Positions 48,175 through 55,620 of a stretch of DNA of 64,000 nucleotides are shown piece by piece (position 1 is the first letter of the stretch; the number at the start of each line of letters is the position of its first letter). Position numbers and translations under genes: made by a program. A model generated the notes under the pieces. That model was given only the letters and a program-made list of their open reading frames with translations, was not told where the DNA came from and ran no database searches. This stretch comes from Minisyncoccota bacterium (GTDB lineage: Bacteria; Patescibacteriota; Microgenomatia; PFEM01; JAFGMK01), in the NCBI GenBank assembly GCA_016927565.1, contig JAFGMK010000015.1:1149-65148 (forward strand). The letters run 5' to 3'.

Positions 48175-51036
48175 ATGTCCAGAAAAAAAGGTTATTTTAA
48201 ACCCGTTCCCCCGAAAATTGACTTTCCCGAATTGGAAGAGAAAATCCTTAAGTTTTGGCAGAAAAACAAAATTTTTGAAAAATCGATTAAACAACGCTCG
48301 GCAGAGAGGCCTTATTCTTTTTATGACGGTCCGCCCTTTATTACCGGCTTGCCTCATTACGGCCATCTGACCGGCTCGATCGCCAAAGATCTGATTCCCC
48401 GTTACCAGACGATGAAAGGTAAAAGAATCCGCCGGGTTTGGGGATGGGACTGTCATGGTTTACCGGTAGAGGAAAAAACTGAAAGGAAGCTCGGTTTGGC
48501 CAATCGGCGGGCGATTGAAAAGATCGGTATAAAAAGGTTCGTTAAGGAATGCCGAATTTATGTTTCGGAAACTTCAGCCGAATGGAATTGGTATATCAAT
48601 CGGATTGCCCGCTGGGTTGATATGGAAAATGCTTATAAAACGATGGATCTCCATTATATGGAGTCGGTTATTTGGGCTTTTAAGAAGCTTTACGATCAGG
48701 GTTTAGTCTATAAAGGTCTGAAAACCTTGCTTTATTGCTCTCGCTGCGGGACGCCGGTTTCCAAGTTTGAAATTGCGATGGATGACAGCTATGCCGATAT
48801 GGAAGATCCGGCGGTGACAGTTGAATTTCCGATTGTTTCCCCGGGCAAATTTCAGGGAGTCCGGGTGCTGGCCTGGACGACTACTCCCTGGACTCTTCCT
48901 TCAAATCGGGCTTTGGTGATAGATCCTGGGAAAGACTATATCCTGTTTAAATCAAAAGACCCCGAGGCGGTTTATTTGGCGGCTCGGGAACGTCTTAAAG
49001 CGGTTTTAAAGGAAGATCGGCTTCGGATGATTAAAAAGGTAAAAGGAGCAAAATTAATTGGCCTTTCTTATTTACCGCCGTTTGATTATTTTCCTTCCAA
49101 TTCAAAGGATTTTAAAATTTACGCTTTTCCGGGAATGGTTAATATGGAGGAGGGAACCGGAATTGTCCATTCAGCGCCGGGTTTTGGTGAAATCGATACC
49201 CGGATGGGTCTGAAATATGGTTTGACAATGATGTTCAGCGTTGATGATGAGGGTAAATTTGTCAAGGAGGTAAAAGATTTTAAGGGTTTATATGTCAAAA
49301 AAGCTGATCCTTTAATCATTGATAATCTTAAAAAAAGAAATCTTCTTTTCAGAAGCGAAAAGATCGTTCATCGTTATCCTTATTGTTACCGCTGCCGGAC
49401 GCCGCTTCTGCAAAAAGCGGTTAAAGCCTGGTTTGTAAGGGTTAAAAAAATTAAAAAAAGAATGCTGATTTTAAATAAAAATGTTAATTGGGTACCGGCT
49501 CATTTTAAGGAGGGCCGGTTTAAAAATATTATTGCTGAAGCCCCTGACTGGTGTCTTTCCCGAACCCGTTATTGGGCGACAGTGATGCCGATATGGGAGT
49601 GCGAAAAGTGCCGGACCTTAAAAGTGGTGGGTTCAGTTAAAGAAATCGAAGAAAATTCAACACAGCCGGTCAAAATAACTGATCTGCATCGGCCGGCAGT
49701 CGACCCGATTGTTTTTAAGTGCCCGAAGTGTCAGGGTTTGATGAGGCGGATTCCGGAGGTGCTTGATGTCTGGTTTGAGTCGGCTTCAATGCCTTACGGA
49801 GAACGCCATTATCCCTTTGAAAACAAAGCTGCTTTTGAAAAATCTTTTCCGGCTGACTATATTGTCGAATATACCGGCCAGCTTCGAGCCTGGTTTTATT
49901 ATCTTCATGTTCTCTCGACTGCTCTTTTTGACTCCAACTGTTTTAAAAATGTAGTGGTTACCGGTGTTATGGCCGGAACTGACGGCCGAAAAATGAGTAA
50001 AAGTTTTGGTAACTACCCCGATCCGAGGGAAGTTTTGGAAAAATATGGCGGAGATGCTCTCCGGCTTTATCTAATGGGAACCAGATTGATGGTTGGGGAA
50101 GATATTAATATCACTAAAGGGGAAGAGCTTTACGAACAAGTAAAGAATACTCTTTTGCCTTTTTGGCATTCTTATAAATTTTTGGTGACTCAGGCTCTCC
50201 TTTTCAGGTTTAAACCGGAGAAAAAGAAACTGATTCTGTCACAAACTTTAAATCGCTGGCTAAAGGCGAGGACCCAGCAATTTATTAATCAAACTGATCA
50301 GTTTTTGTCATCATATCAGATTCCTCAAGCTGTTCGCTTGATAAGACCGCTTATTGAGGACCTTTCAACTTGGTATATCAGGCGGAGCCGGGACAATCTC
50401 AGTCGGGGAGACGGCGAGTCATTGCAGCTTCTCTATCAGGTTCTGGAGAAATTATCCCGGGCTTCCGCGCCAATAATGCCTTTTATTACCGAGGCAATCT
50501 ACCAGAATCTTTTTGAGCCTTTTTGCCCGAAAGGCAACTCTTCAGTTCATCTTTGCGATTTTCCCAAATTAAGGCCTTTGACTAAGTTTGAAAAAGATTT
50601 ACTGGTTCAAATGGATCTTGTTCGAGAAATTTGTTCCCGGGCTCATGCCATTAGAAAAAAGAAAAATCTCAAGGTGAGACAGCCTCTTTCCCGACTGAGC
50701 TATTATTGGCCGGAAAAATTGGGAAAAAGTCTTGAGAAATTAATTGCCGAGGAAGTGAACGTTAAGGAAGTAGTCTGGAAAGAAAAGATGGCAAAAATTC
50801 CCGGGGTTCGTTTAGTCACTCGATTAAACGGGCGGCTGATAGCTGAAGGGAAGGCCAGAGATTTAATCCGGGCGATTCAAAAGCTGAGAAAAGAGGCCGG
50901 TTGTCGTCTGGATGAGCCGGTTGAGGTGGTTGTTCCCCAGATTCCCCGGGACAGGCAATTGGTGAAAATGATTCAGAAAAAGACCTTGGTCCGGAAATTA
51001 GTTTCCGGCAAAGAGTTGGCAGTTAAAAGATTTTGA
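48175..51036 (+). CDS. ileS: Isoleucine--tRNA ligase, type 2
   Basis: DGPPF..GLPHYGH, GWDCHGLP, WTTTPWTL, GTGIVH, KMSKS; ATG at 48175 preferred. Confidence 0.96.
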   Translation: MSRKKGYFKPVPPKIDFPELEEKILKFWQKNKIFEKSIKQRSAERPYSFYDGPPFITGLPHYGHLTGSIAKDLIPRYQTMKGKRIRRVWGWDCHGLPVEEKTERKLGLANRRAIEKIGIKRFVKECRIYVSETSAEWNWYINRIARWVDMENAYKTMDLHYMESVIWAFKKLYDQGLVYKGLKTLLYCSRCGTPVSKFEIAMDDSYADMEDPAVTVEFPIVSPGKFQGVRVLAWTTTPWTLPSNRALVIDPGKDYILFKSKDPEAVYLAARERLKAVLKEDRLRMIKKVKGAKLIGLSYLPPFDYFPSNSKDFKIYAFPGMVNMEEGTGIVHSAPGFGEIDTRMGLKYGLTMMFSVDDEGKFVKEVKDFKGLYVKKADPLIIDNLKKRNLLFRSEKIVHRYPYCYRCRTPLLQKAVKAWFVRVKKIKKRMLILNKNVNWVPAHFKEGRFKNIIAEAPDWCLSRTRYWATVMPIWECEKCRTLKVVGSVKEIEENSTQPVKITDLHRPAVDPIVFKCPKCQGLMRRIPEVLDVWFESASMPYGERHYPFENKAAFEKSFPADYIVEYTGQLRAWFYYLHVLSTALFDSNCFKNVVVTGVMAGTDGRKMSKSFGNYPDPREVLEKYGGDALRLYLMGTRLMVGEDINITKGEELYEQVKNTLLPFWHSYKFLVTQALLFRFKPEKKKLILSQTLNRWLKARTQQFINQTDQFLSSYQIPQAVRLIRPLIEDLSTWYIRRSRDNLSRGDGESLQLLYQVLEKLSRASAPIMPFITEAIYQNLFEPFCPKGNSSVHLCDFPKLRPLTKFEKDLLVQMDLVREICSRAHAIRKKKNLKVRQPLSRLSYYWPEKLGKSLEKLIAEEVNVKEVVWKEKMAKIPGVRLVTRLNGRLIAEGKARDLIRAIQKLRKEAGCRLDEPVEVVVPQIPRDRQLVKMIQKKTLVRKLVSGKELAVKRF

Positions 51037-51042
51037 AAAAAA

Positions 51043-52107
51043 ATGTCTTCCGGGTTTAATTGGCTGATTCTCGTCTTAGTAATAATTCTGTTTATTTTTA
51101 GTCTGGCGCTTATTTTTAGTCTGGCGCCGGCGGATTTAGCCTTTCATGCTCTCTCGGTTTTGATCGGGCTGATCGGTTTCGGGGTGGCCAGTCGGATTGA
51201 CTATCGGCTACTGGATCGCTTTTCGGGCTGGCTGTTTTTTTTAACCAGCTCTTTTTTGCTGATAACTTTGTTTTTAGGGAGCCGGACTCGCCAGACGTTG
51301 CGCTGGATTAAACTTGGGTCTTTAACTTTTCAGCCTTCAGAGATAGTTAAGCCTTTTTTAATTTTGATTTTTGCTTCGTTGGCGGCTCGATCCAACTGGT
51401 CGTTCAAAGATTTTCTCATATCCTTGGCTGCTCTTATTTTGCCGGCTTTTCTTATTTTCCGGCAGCCTGATTTGAGCAGTGCTTTGATGATTGCTTTGGT
51501 TTGGCTGGTTATTTTTGTTTTCAGATTGAATAAAAAACAGCTGATTTTGTTGGGTTTTATTTCGCTGGTCGGAATTTTAGGAGGAAAATTTATCCTGAAA
51601 GATTATCAGGCAGATCGGATTTTCGGCTTTTTAAACCCTCAAGAAGACCCCTTGGGAATCAATTATCACTTAATCCAATCAAGAATTGCGGCCGGCTCCG
51701 GTAAGTTTTTCGGCCGGGGTTTGTTTCGGGGAACTCAGTCTCACCTTAGGTTTTTACCGGAAAGACAAAGCGATTTTATCTTTGCTTCTTTGGCCGAAGA
51801 GTTGGGTTTTGTAGGTTCGATTTCTCTTTTGACAATTTATTTTTTCTTGTTGGCCCAGATTCTAAAAACGGCTCGCCGGGCGAGCGATGAGTTTGGTTTT
51901 TTTATCTGTCTTGGCGTTTTCGGTCTTTTTTTCGGTCAGATATTTATCAACGTCGGCATGAATTTAGGCCTTTTGCCGGTAACCGGGATAACTTTGCCTC
52001 TAATTTCTTCGGGAGGTAGTTCTATTTTGGGCTTGATGATGGGTTTGGGGTTAGTGGAGAGTGTGGCCGGACGGGTAAAACCGGAAAGATGGATTGAAAT
52101 CAAATAA
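51043..52107 (+). CDS. rodA: SEDS protein RodA
   Basis: FQPSEIVK, QPDL, DPLGINYH..QS.IA.GSG, FLPERQSDFIF. Confidence 0.88.
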   Translation: MSSGFNWLILVLVIILFIFSLALIFSLAPADLAFHALSVLIGLIGFGVASRIDYRLLDRFSGWLFFLTSSFLLITLFLGSRTRQTLRWIKLGSLTFQPSEIVKPFLILIFASLAARSNWSFKDFLISLAALILPAFLIFRQPDLSSALMIALVWLVIFVFRLNKKQLILLGFISLVGILGGKFILKDYQADRIFGFLNPQEDPLGINYHLIQSRIAAGSGKFFGRGLFRGTQSHLRFLPERQSDFIFASLAEELGFVGSISLLTIYFFLLAQILKTARRASDEFGFFICLGVFGLFFGQIFINVGMNLGLLPVTGITLPLISSGGSSILGLMMGLGLVESVAGRVKPERWIEIK

Positions 52108-52122
52108 AACGAATGCTATAAT
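52094..52122 (+). promoter_or_regulatory. Sigma70-type promoter of rplU (probably leaderless)
   Basis: TTGAAA-17 bp-TATAAT with TG extension; ATG 7 nt after the -10 box. Confidence 0.7.
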
Positions 52123-52129
52123 CTCTTTT

Positions 52130-52453
52130 ATGTCAAACGCAAAGTGGGCTATTTTGAAGTTTCAGGGCAAACAGTACAAAGTGAAAGAGGGCGATGAGCT
52201 TGATTTGGCTAACATTGACCTTGAGGAAGGAAAAGAAATCAAGTTCGAGCAGATCTTGGTTTTGGTTCAAGATGATAAAATTGCCATTGGCCAGCCGATG
52301 TTGTCGAAGGTTGTGGTTCAGGGTAAGGTGATTGGCCATCAGAAAGGGAAAAAAATCAGAGTTGCCACCTACAGGGCCAAATCACGCTATCGGCGGGTAA
52401 AAGGCTTTCGTTCCCGTCTTACTCGAGTCAGGATTGAAAAAATTATCAATTGA
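52130..52453 (+). CDS. rplU: 50S ribosomal protein L21
   Basis: AILKFQGKQYKVKEGD, KG.KI, KSRYRRVKGFR. Confidence 0.95.
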   Translation: MSNAKWAILKFQGKQYKVKEGDELDLANIDLEEGKEIKFEQILVLVQDDKIAIGQPMLSKVVVQGKVIGHQKGKKIRVATYRAKSRYRRVKGFRSRLTRVRIEKIIN

Positions 52454-52478
52454 CACCCGTGAAAATTTCTGTTTTAAT
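52450..52478 (+). promoter_or_regulatory. Putative rpmA/parB promoter
   Basis: TTGACA-17 bp-TTTAAT with TG extension; GAGGGAG before the rpmA ATG. Confidence 0.55.
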
Positions 52479-52495
52479 GAAAAAGAGGGAGAGTT

Positions 52496-52741
52496 ATGTC
52501 TAAGACAAAAGCGGGCGGTAAAACCAGACAAAAACCAACCCGGCCGGGCCAGCGCTTAGGGGTAAAAATTTATGGCGGCCAGAAAGTGATTGCCGGGAAC
52601 ATCATTGTCAGGCAGAGAGGAACTAAGTTTCACGCCGGCAAAGATGTCGGTTTAGGTCGGGATCATACTCTTTTTGCCCTTAAAGAAGGCAAGGTGAGTT
52701 TTGGAATTAGCAAGGGAAAGAAGATGGTTTCGGTAATTTAA
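52496..52741 (+). CDS. rpmA: 50S ribosomal protein L27
   Basis: [38 protein letters not shown]. Confidence 0.97.
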   Translation: MSKTKAGGKTRQKPTRPGQRLGVKIYGGQKVIAGNIIVRQRGTKFHAGKDVGLGRDHTLFALKEGKVSFGISKGKKMVSVI

Positions 52742-52750
52742 AAGACAAAA

Positions 52751-53584
52751 GTGGCAGGCGCAGACCAAAAAATTGTTCAAATAGCAGTTGAGGAGCTTCA
52801 GGCTAATCCGCTTCAGCCTCGTGGTCAGATAACTCCCGAGTCTCTGGTTGATCTGGTTGATTCAATTAAGCAGCACGGAGTTTTGGAACCTCTAGTAGTA
52901 GCCAAAACACCGGCCGGATATCAAATTATTGCCGGTGAACGCCGCTGGCGGGCTTCCCGGATTGCGGGTTTGGAAACAGTGCCGGTAGTGATTAAGGAAA
53001 CCACTCCTCAGGGAATGCTGGAGATGGCTTTAGTAGAGAATGTTCAGCGGACTGATCTTAATCCTCTGGAAAGGGCTCAGGCTTTTGAAAGGCTGATGAA
53101 TGAATTCCACCTAACTAATAAAGAGATTGCGAAGCGGATCGGCAAGAGTGCGGCTTATATTTCAAACTCGCTTAGACTGCTTACCCTGCCGGATGCCTTG
53201 AAAGACGGCTTGCTGCAGAGCTTAATAACTGAGGGCCATGCTCGGGCGCTGGCGGCAGTAAATGATCCGCGGCTGATGGTGGAAGCATATAAAATTGTTT
53301 TAAAAAACTCGAGTTCGGTGAGAAAAACCGAGGATTTGGCCCGGCGGATGAGGAAAGTAGAAGGAAATTCACCCACCGGTCAGAGAGGAAAAAAACCTTT
53401 TGTGGTTGACGATTCAATTGATCAATTAATGGAGCAAATGCACCAGGCCCTTGGGGGAGGAGAAAAAATAAAAGTAAAACTTACCCGCTCCCGGGCTGAA
53501 ACTAAAATTTTGATTCATCTGAAGGGTGATCTGGAAGCAACCGAAAAAACACTTCAGCGGATTGTCAAAGGCATTTGCATCTAA
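52751..53584 (+). CDS. parB: ParB/Spo0J partition protein
   Basis: NPLQPR, IIAGERRWRA, ENVQR.DL, HTH, GHARAL. Confidence 0.94.
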   Translation: MAGADQKIVQIAVEELQANPLQPRGQITPESLVDLVDSIKQHGVLEPLVVAKTPAGYQIIAGERRWRASRIAGLETVPVVIKETTPQGMLEMALVENVQRTDLNPLERAQAFERLMNEFHLTNKEIAKRIGKSAAYISNSLRLLTLPDALKDGLLQSLITEGHARALAAVNDPRLMVEAYKIVLKNSSSVRKTEDLARRMRKVEGNSPTGQRGKKPFVVDDSIDQLMEQMHQALGGGEKIKVKLTRSRAETKILIHLKGDLEATEKTLQRIVKGICI

Positions 53585-54168
53585 GACGAATTAGTAAATT
53601 CGTATTCTTCCTTTTTGATTTTTCCGATTTTATTAAGCGGCCAATAACGAAGCCAGACGCGCCCGACTAAATTTTCTTTGGGAACCGGACCCCACTCGCG
53701 TGAATCAGAGCTGTGTTCCCGGTTATCTCCCATTACCAGATATTGATCCGGCTCGAGAGTAAAGGATTGATTGTTTTTAAAAAGCTGGCCGGCTCGGGTG
53801 ACAAAGCTTTCCGGCAGATAAATTTCTTCTAATTTTTGCCCGTTGATAAAAATCTGATTGTTTTGGATTTTAATTTCCTCGCCGGGAAGGCCGATGATTC
53901 TCTTGATATAATCAAAGCGGGTATCGACCGGAGCCTTAAAAACGACGACATCGCCGCGCGAGGGTTCTTTGAGGCGATAGGTTATTTTGTCGGTGATCAA
54001 GAACTGTCCGTGTTCAAAATTAGGCAGCATCGAGTTGCCTTTGACTTCATGAGGTTGAAGAATAAAAAGATAAACAACTACAAAGATCGAAAGGGCAATA
54101 ACGCCGGTTTCAACGATATCTAAAAAGAACAGGCTGATCCTTCTGATGATTTTCAAAAGCAATTTCAT
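53581..54168 (-). CDS. lepB: Signal peptidase I
   Basis: GNSMLPN, RGDVVVF, YIKRIIGLPGE, GDNREHSSDSR. Confidence 0.96.
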   Translation of the reverse strand: MKLLLKIIRRISLFFLDIVETGVIALSIFVVVYLFILQPHEVKGNSMLPNFEHGQFLITDKITYRLKEPSRGDVVVFKAPVDTRFDYIKRIIGLPGEEIKIQNNQIFINGQKLEEIYLPESFVTRAGQLFKNNQSFTLEPDQYLVMGDNREHSSDSREWGPVPKENLVGRVWLRYWPLNKIGKIKKEEYEFTNSS

Positions 54169-54235
54169 TTCAATTTAATTATATTTTTTCAGAGTTTGTT
54201 TGGCAAGATGAGAAGTGATAAAATCAGTTTGAATT

Positions 54236-54307
54236 GGGCTCGTGGCTCAGGGGTAGAGCGTTCCGTTCACATCGGAAAGGTCGATGGTTCGAATCCATCC
54301 GGGCCCA
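54236..54307 (+). tRNA. tRNA-Val (anticodon CAC), CCA not encoded
   Basis: Cloverleaf: GGGCTCG/CGGGCCC acceptor, GCTC/GAGC D-stem, TTCCG-TTCACAT-CGGAA anticodon arm, GATGG-TTCGAAT-CCATC T-arm; TGATAAAAT upstream. Confidence 0.96.
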
Positions 54308-54314
54308 CAATAAA

Positions 54315-54348
54315 ATTGCGGTGTCCGGATGAGACGAGAACCATTCAC
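54315..54348 (-). repeat. Imperfect inverted copy of the tRNA-Val 3' half
   Basis: attgcggtgtccggatgagacgagaaccattcac compared with the reverse complement of 54280-54311, attgtgggcccggatggattcgaaccatcgac. Confidence 0.8.
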
Positions 54349-54430
54349 AGGCGGAGGAGAGATTGAGATTTTTGACTTGCTTGAATAACAAATGTTTCTC
54401 AACAAGTTAAAAAGGCCTTTTCGAGGCGTC

Positions 54431-54454
54431 TTCGAATCCATCCGGGCCCACAAT
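54431..54454 (+). repeat. Direct repeat of tRNA-Val 3' end (att-like), copy 2
   Basis: ttcgaatccatccgggcccacaat, 24/24 identical to 54288-54311. Confidence 0.95.
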
Positions 54455-54521
54455 TTTGAAGAATTTGAGCCGCCGCAAAAATAAAGAAAAAAAATAGCAA
54501 AATTTTAAAGAACTAAAACTT

Positions 54522-54561
54522 AAAGTCGAAGAATCCCCGCCGAAGGGAATTCTTCGACTTT
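54522..54561. repeat. 13-bp inverted repeat hairpin, REP-like
   Basis: aaagtcgaagaat ... attcttcgacttt, followed by gctcaggatgaca. Confidence 0.7.
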
Positions 54562-54679
54562 GCTCAGGATGACAGTGAGAAAATTATCACTCAACAGCCT
54601 CAGTAAAGTTTTGCGGAACTCTTGAAACTAAAATTTATATATATCTTTAAAAAAGTGCGAAAATAGAAAGGCGGAAATT

Positions 54680-55516
54680 ATGGATCAATTAGAACAACCT
54701 CGACCCGCAAGAACCGAGAAGAGTAGTTCTGCTTTTGCTGTAATGTTAGAGGCTTTACGAGCACAGGAGAGCAGACTAGCTTTATTAGGACAAAGAGATG
54801 CAAGAGCTACTCGTGTATTTCAAGATTATCATCTCCCTGGGCAGGAATTTACAAGACAACAAGATGGAAAACAAGTGGAAGTGGTTAGGGGTTTAGTCGA
54901 CCCCGAAGAATATGCCATTCTCGTAAATAAATATAATGGTGGAGCTCAATTGCTAAAAATAGTAGATGAAGATCAAAAAGCATTAGCTGAGGGTTGGAAA
55001 ACAATTGGGCTGAAAGGTGAACCGCCCTTACATTCTTCTTTGGAAATTATTGTTGGCAATATAAACGATCCAAAAACTTGTTATAGGTATAAGGTTTTAG
55101 ATGCGCGCTCGACGGATGATTCTACCGGAGTAGTTATTACGGTTCAACAAAACATTGAACACGAAAGAGAAGGAGGGGCATTTATGCCATTTAGAGTTTC
55201 GGCTGGGAAAGAAAAGCCAGAACTAAGAGGAGAAACTTCCGTTCGCGACACTCCCCCATTATCAATGGCGGTGGTAAGCGACAGCGGGTTTACTGATTCT
55301 CAAAGAAGGTTAATGAGAAAAGATAATTTCCCACCTAAACTAGCGCTTGGAAGACGAACTGGAAGTCTAATAGCCCATCAACGAGTCCCTGAGGGAATGA
55401 CAAGATTTGCAGACGATGTCGCTAATTTAGAGATAGATTTACAAAGAGATAATCTCTGGGTAGTGGCGATAAGCGGAGACGCTGTAGAAGCCCAATGTAA
55501 AGCATTAAAATTGTGA
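54680..55516 (+). CDS. Orphan hypothetical protein between tRNA-derived repeats
   Basis: 278-aa ORF; A-rich codon style unlike the flanking genes; no motif recognised. Confidence 0.75.
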   Translation: MDQLEQPRPARTEKSSSAFAVMLEALRAQESRLALLGQRDARATRVFQDYHLPGQEFTRQQDGKQVEVVRGLVDPEEYAILVNKYNGGAQLLKIVDEDQKALAEGWKTIGLKGEPPLHSSLEIIVGNINDPKTCYRYKVLDARSTDDSTGVVITVQQNIEHEREGGAFMPFRVSAGKEKPELRGETSVRDTPPLSMAVVSDSGFTDSQRRLMRKDNFPPKLALGRRTGSLIAHQRVPEGMTRFADDVANLEIDLQRDNLWVVAISGDAVEAQCKALKL

Positions 55517-55594
55517 TGAGTACCACTGAAGAATAGGTAGATTTTCTACTGAAAATCAGGAAAATTAAAAGACAAAAAACTGATTCGAAGCGTC

Positions 55595-55616
55595 TTCGAA
55601 TCCATCCGGGCCCACA
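55595..55616 (+). repeat. Direct repeat of tRNA-Val 3' end (att-like), copy 3
   Basis: ttcgaatccatccgggcccaca, 22/22 identical; shares the upstream ttcgaRgcgtc with copy 2. Confidence 0.95.
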
Positions 55617-55620
55617 GGAT

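Noticed and set aside
296-53417. Many 60-145 aa alternative-frame and antisense ORFs inside well-supported genes
   Set aside because: They overlap motif-supported CDSs and have no recognisable motifs of their own
52751-53584. parB without adjacent parA as a plasmid or mobile signature
   Set aside because: It sits among core genes (rpmA, lepB) and looks like chromosomal Spo0J; no parS palindrome was noticed
54247-54453. 68-aa minus-strand ORF
   Set aside because: Antisense shadow of tRNA-Val and its repeats
54288-55616. Three 22-24 bp direct repeats read as a CRISPR array
   Set aside because: The repeats are the tRNA 3' end, the spacers are ~120 bp and ~1.1 kb, and no cas genes are present
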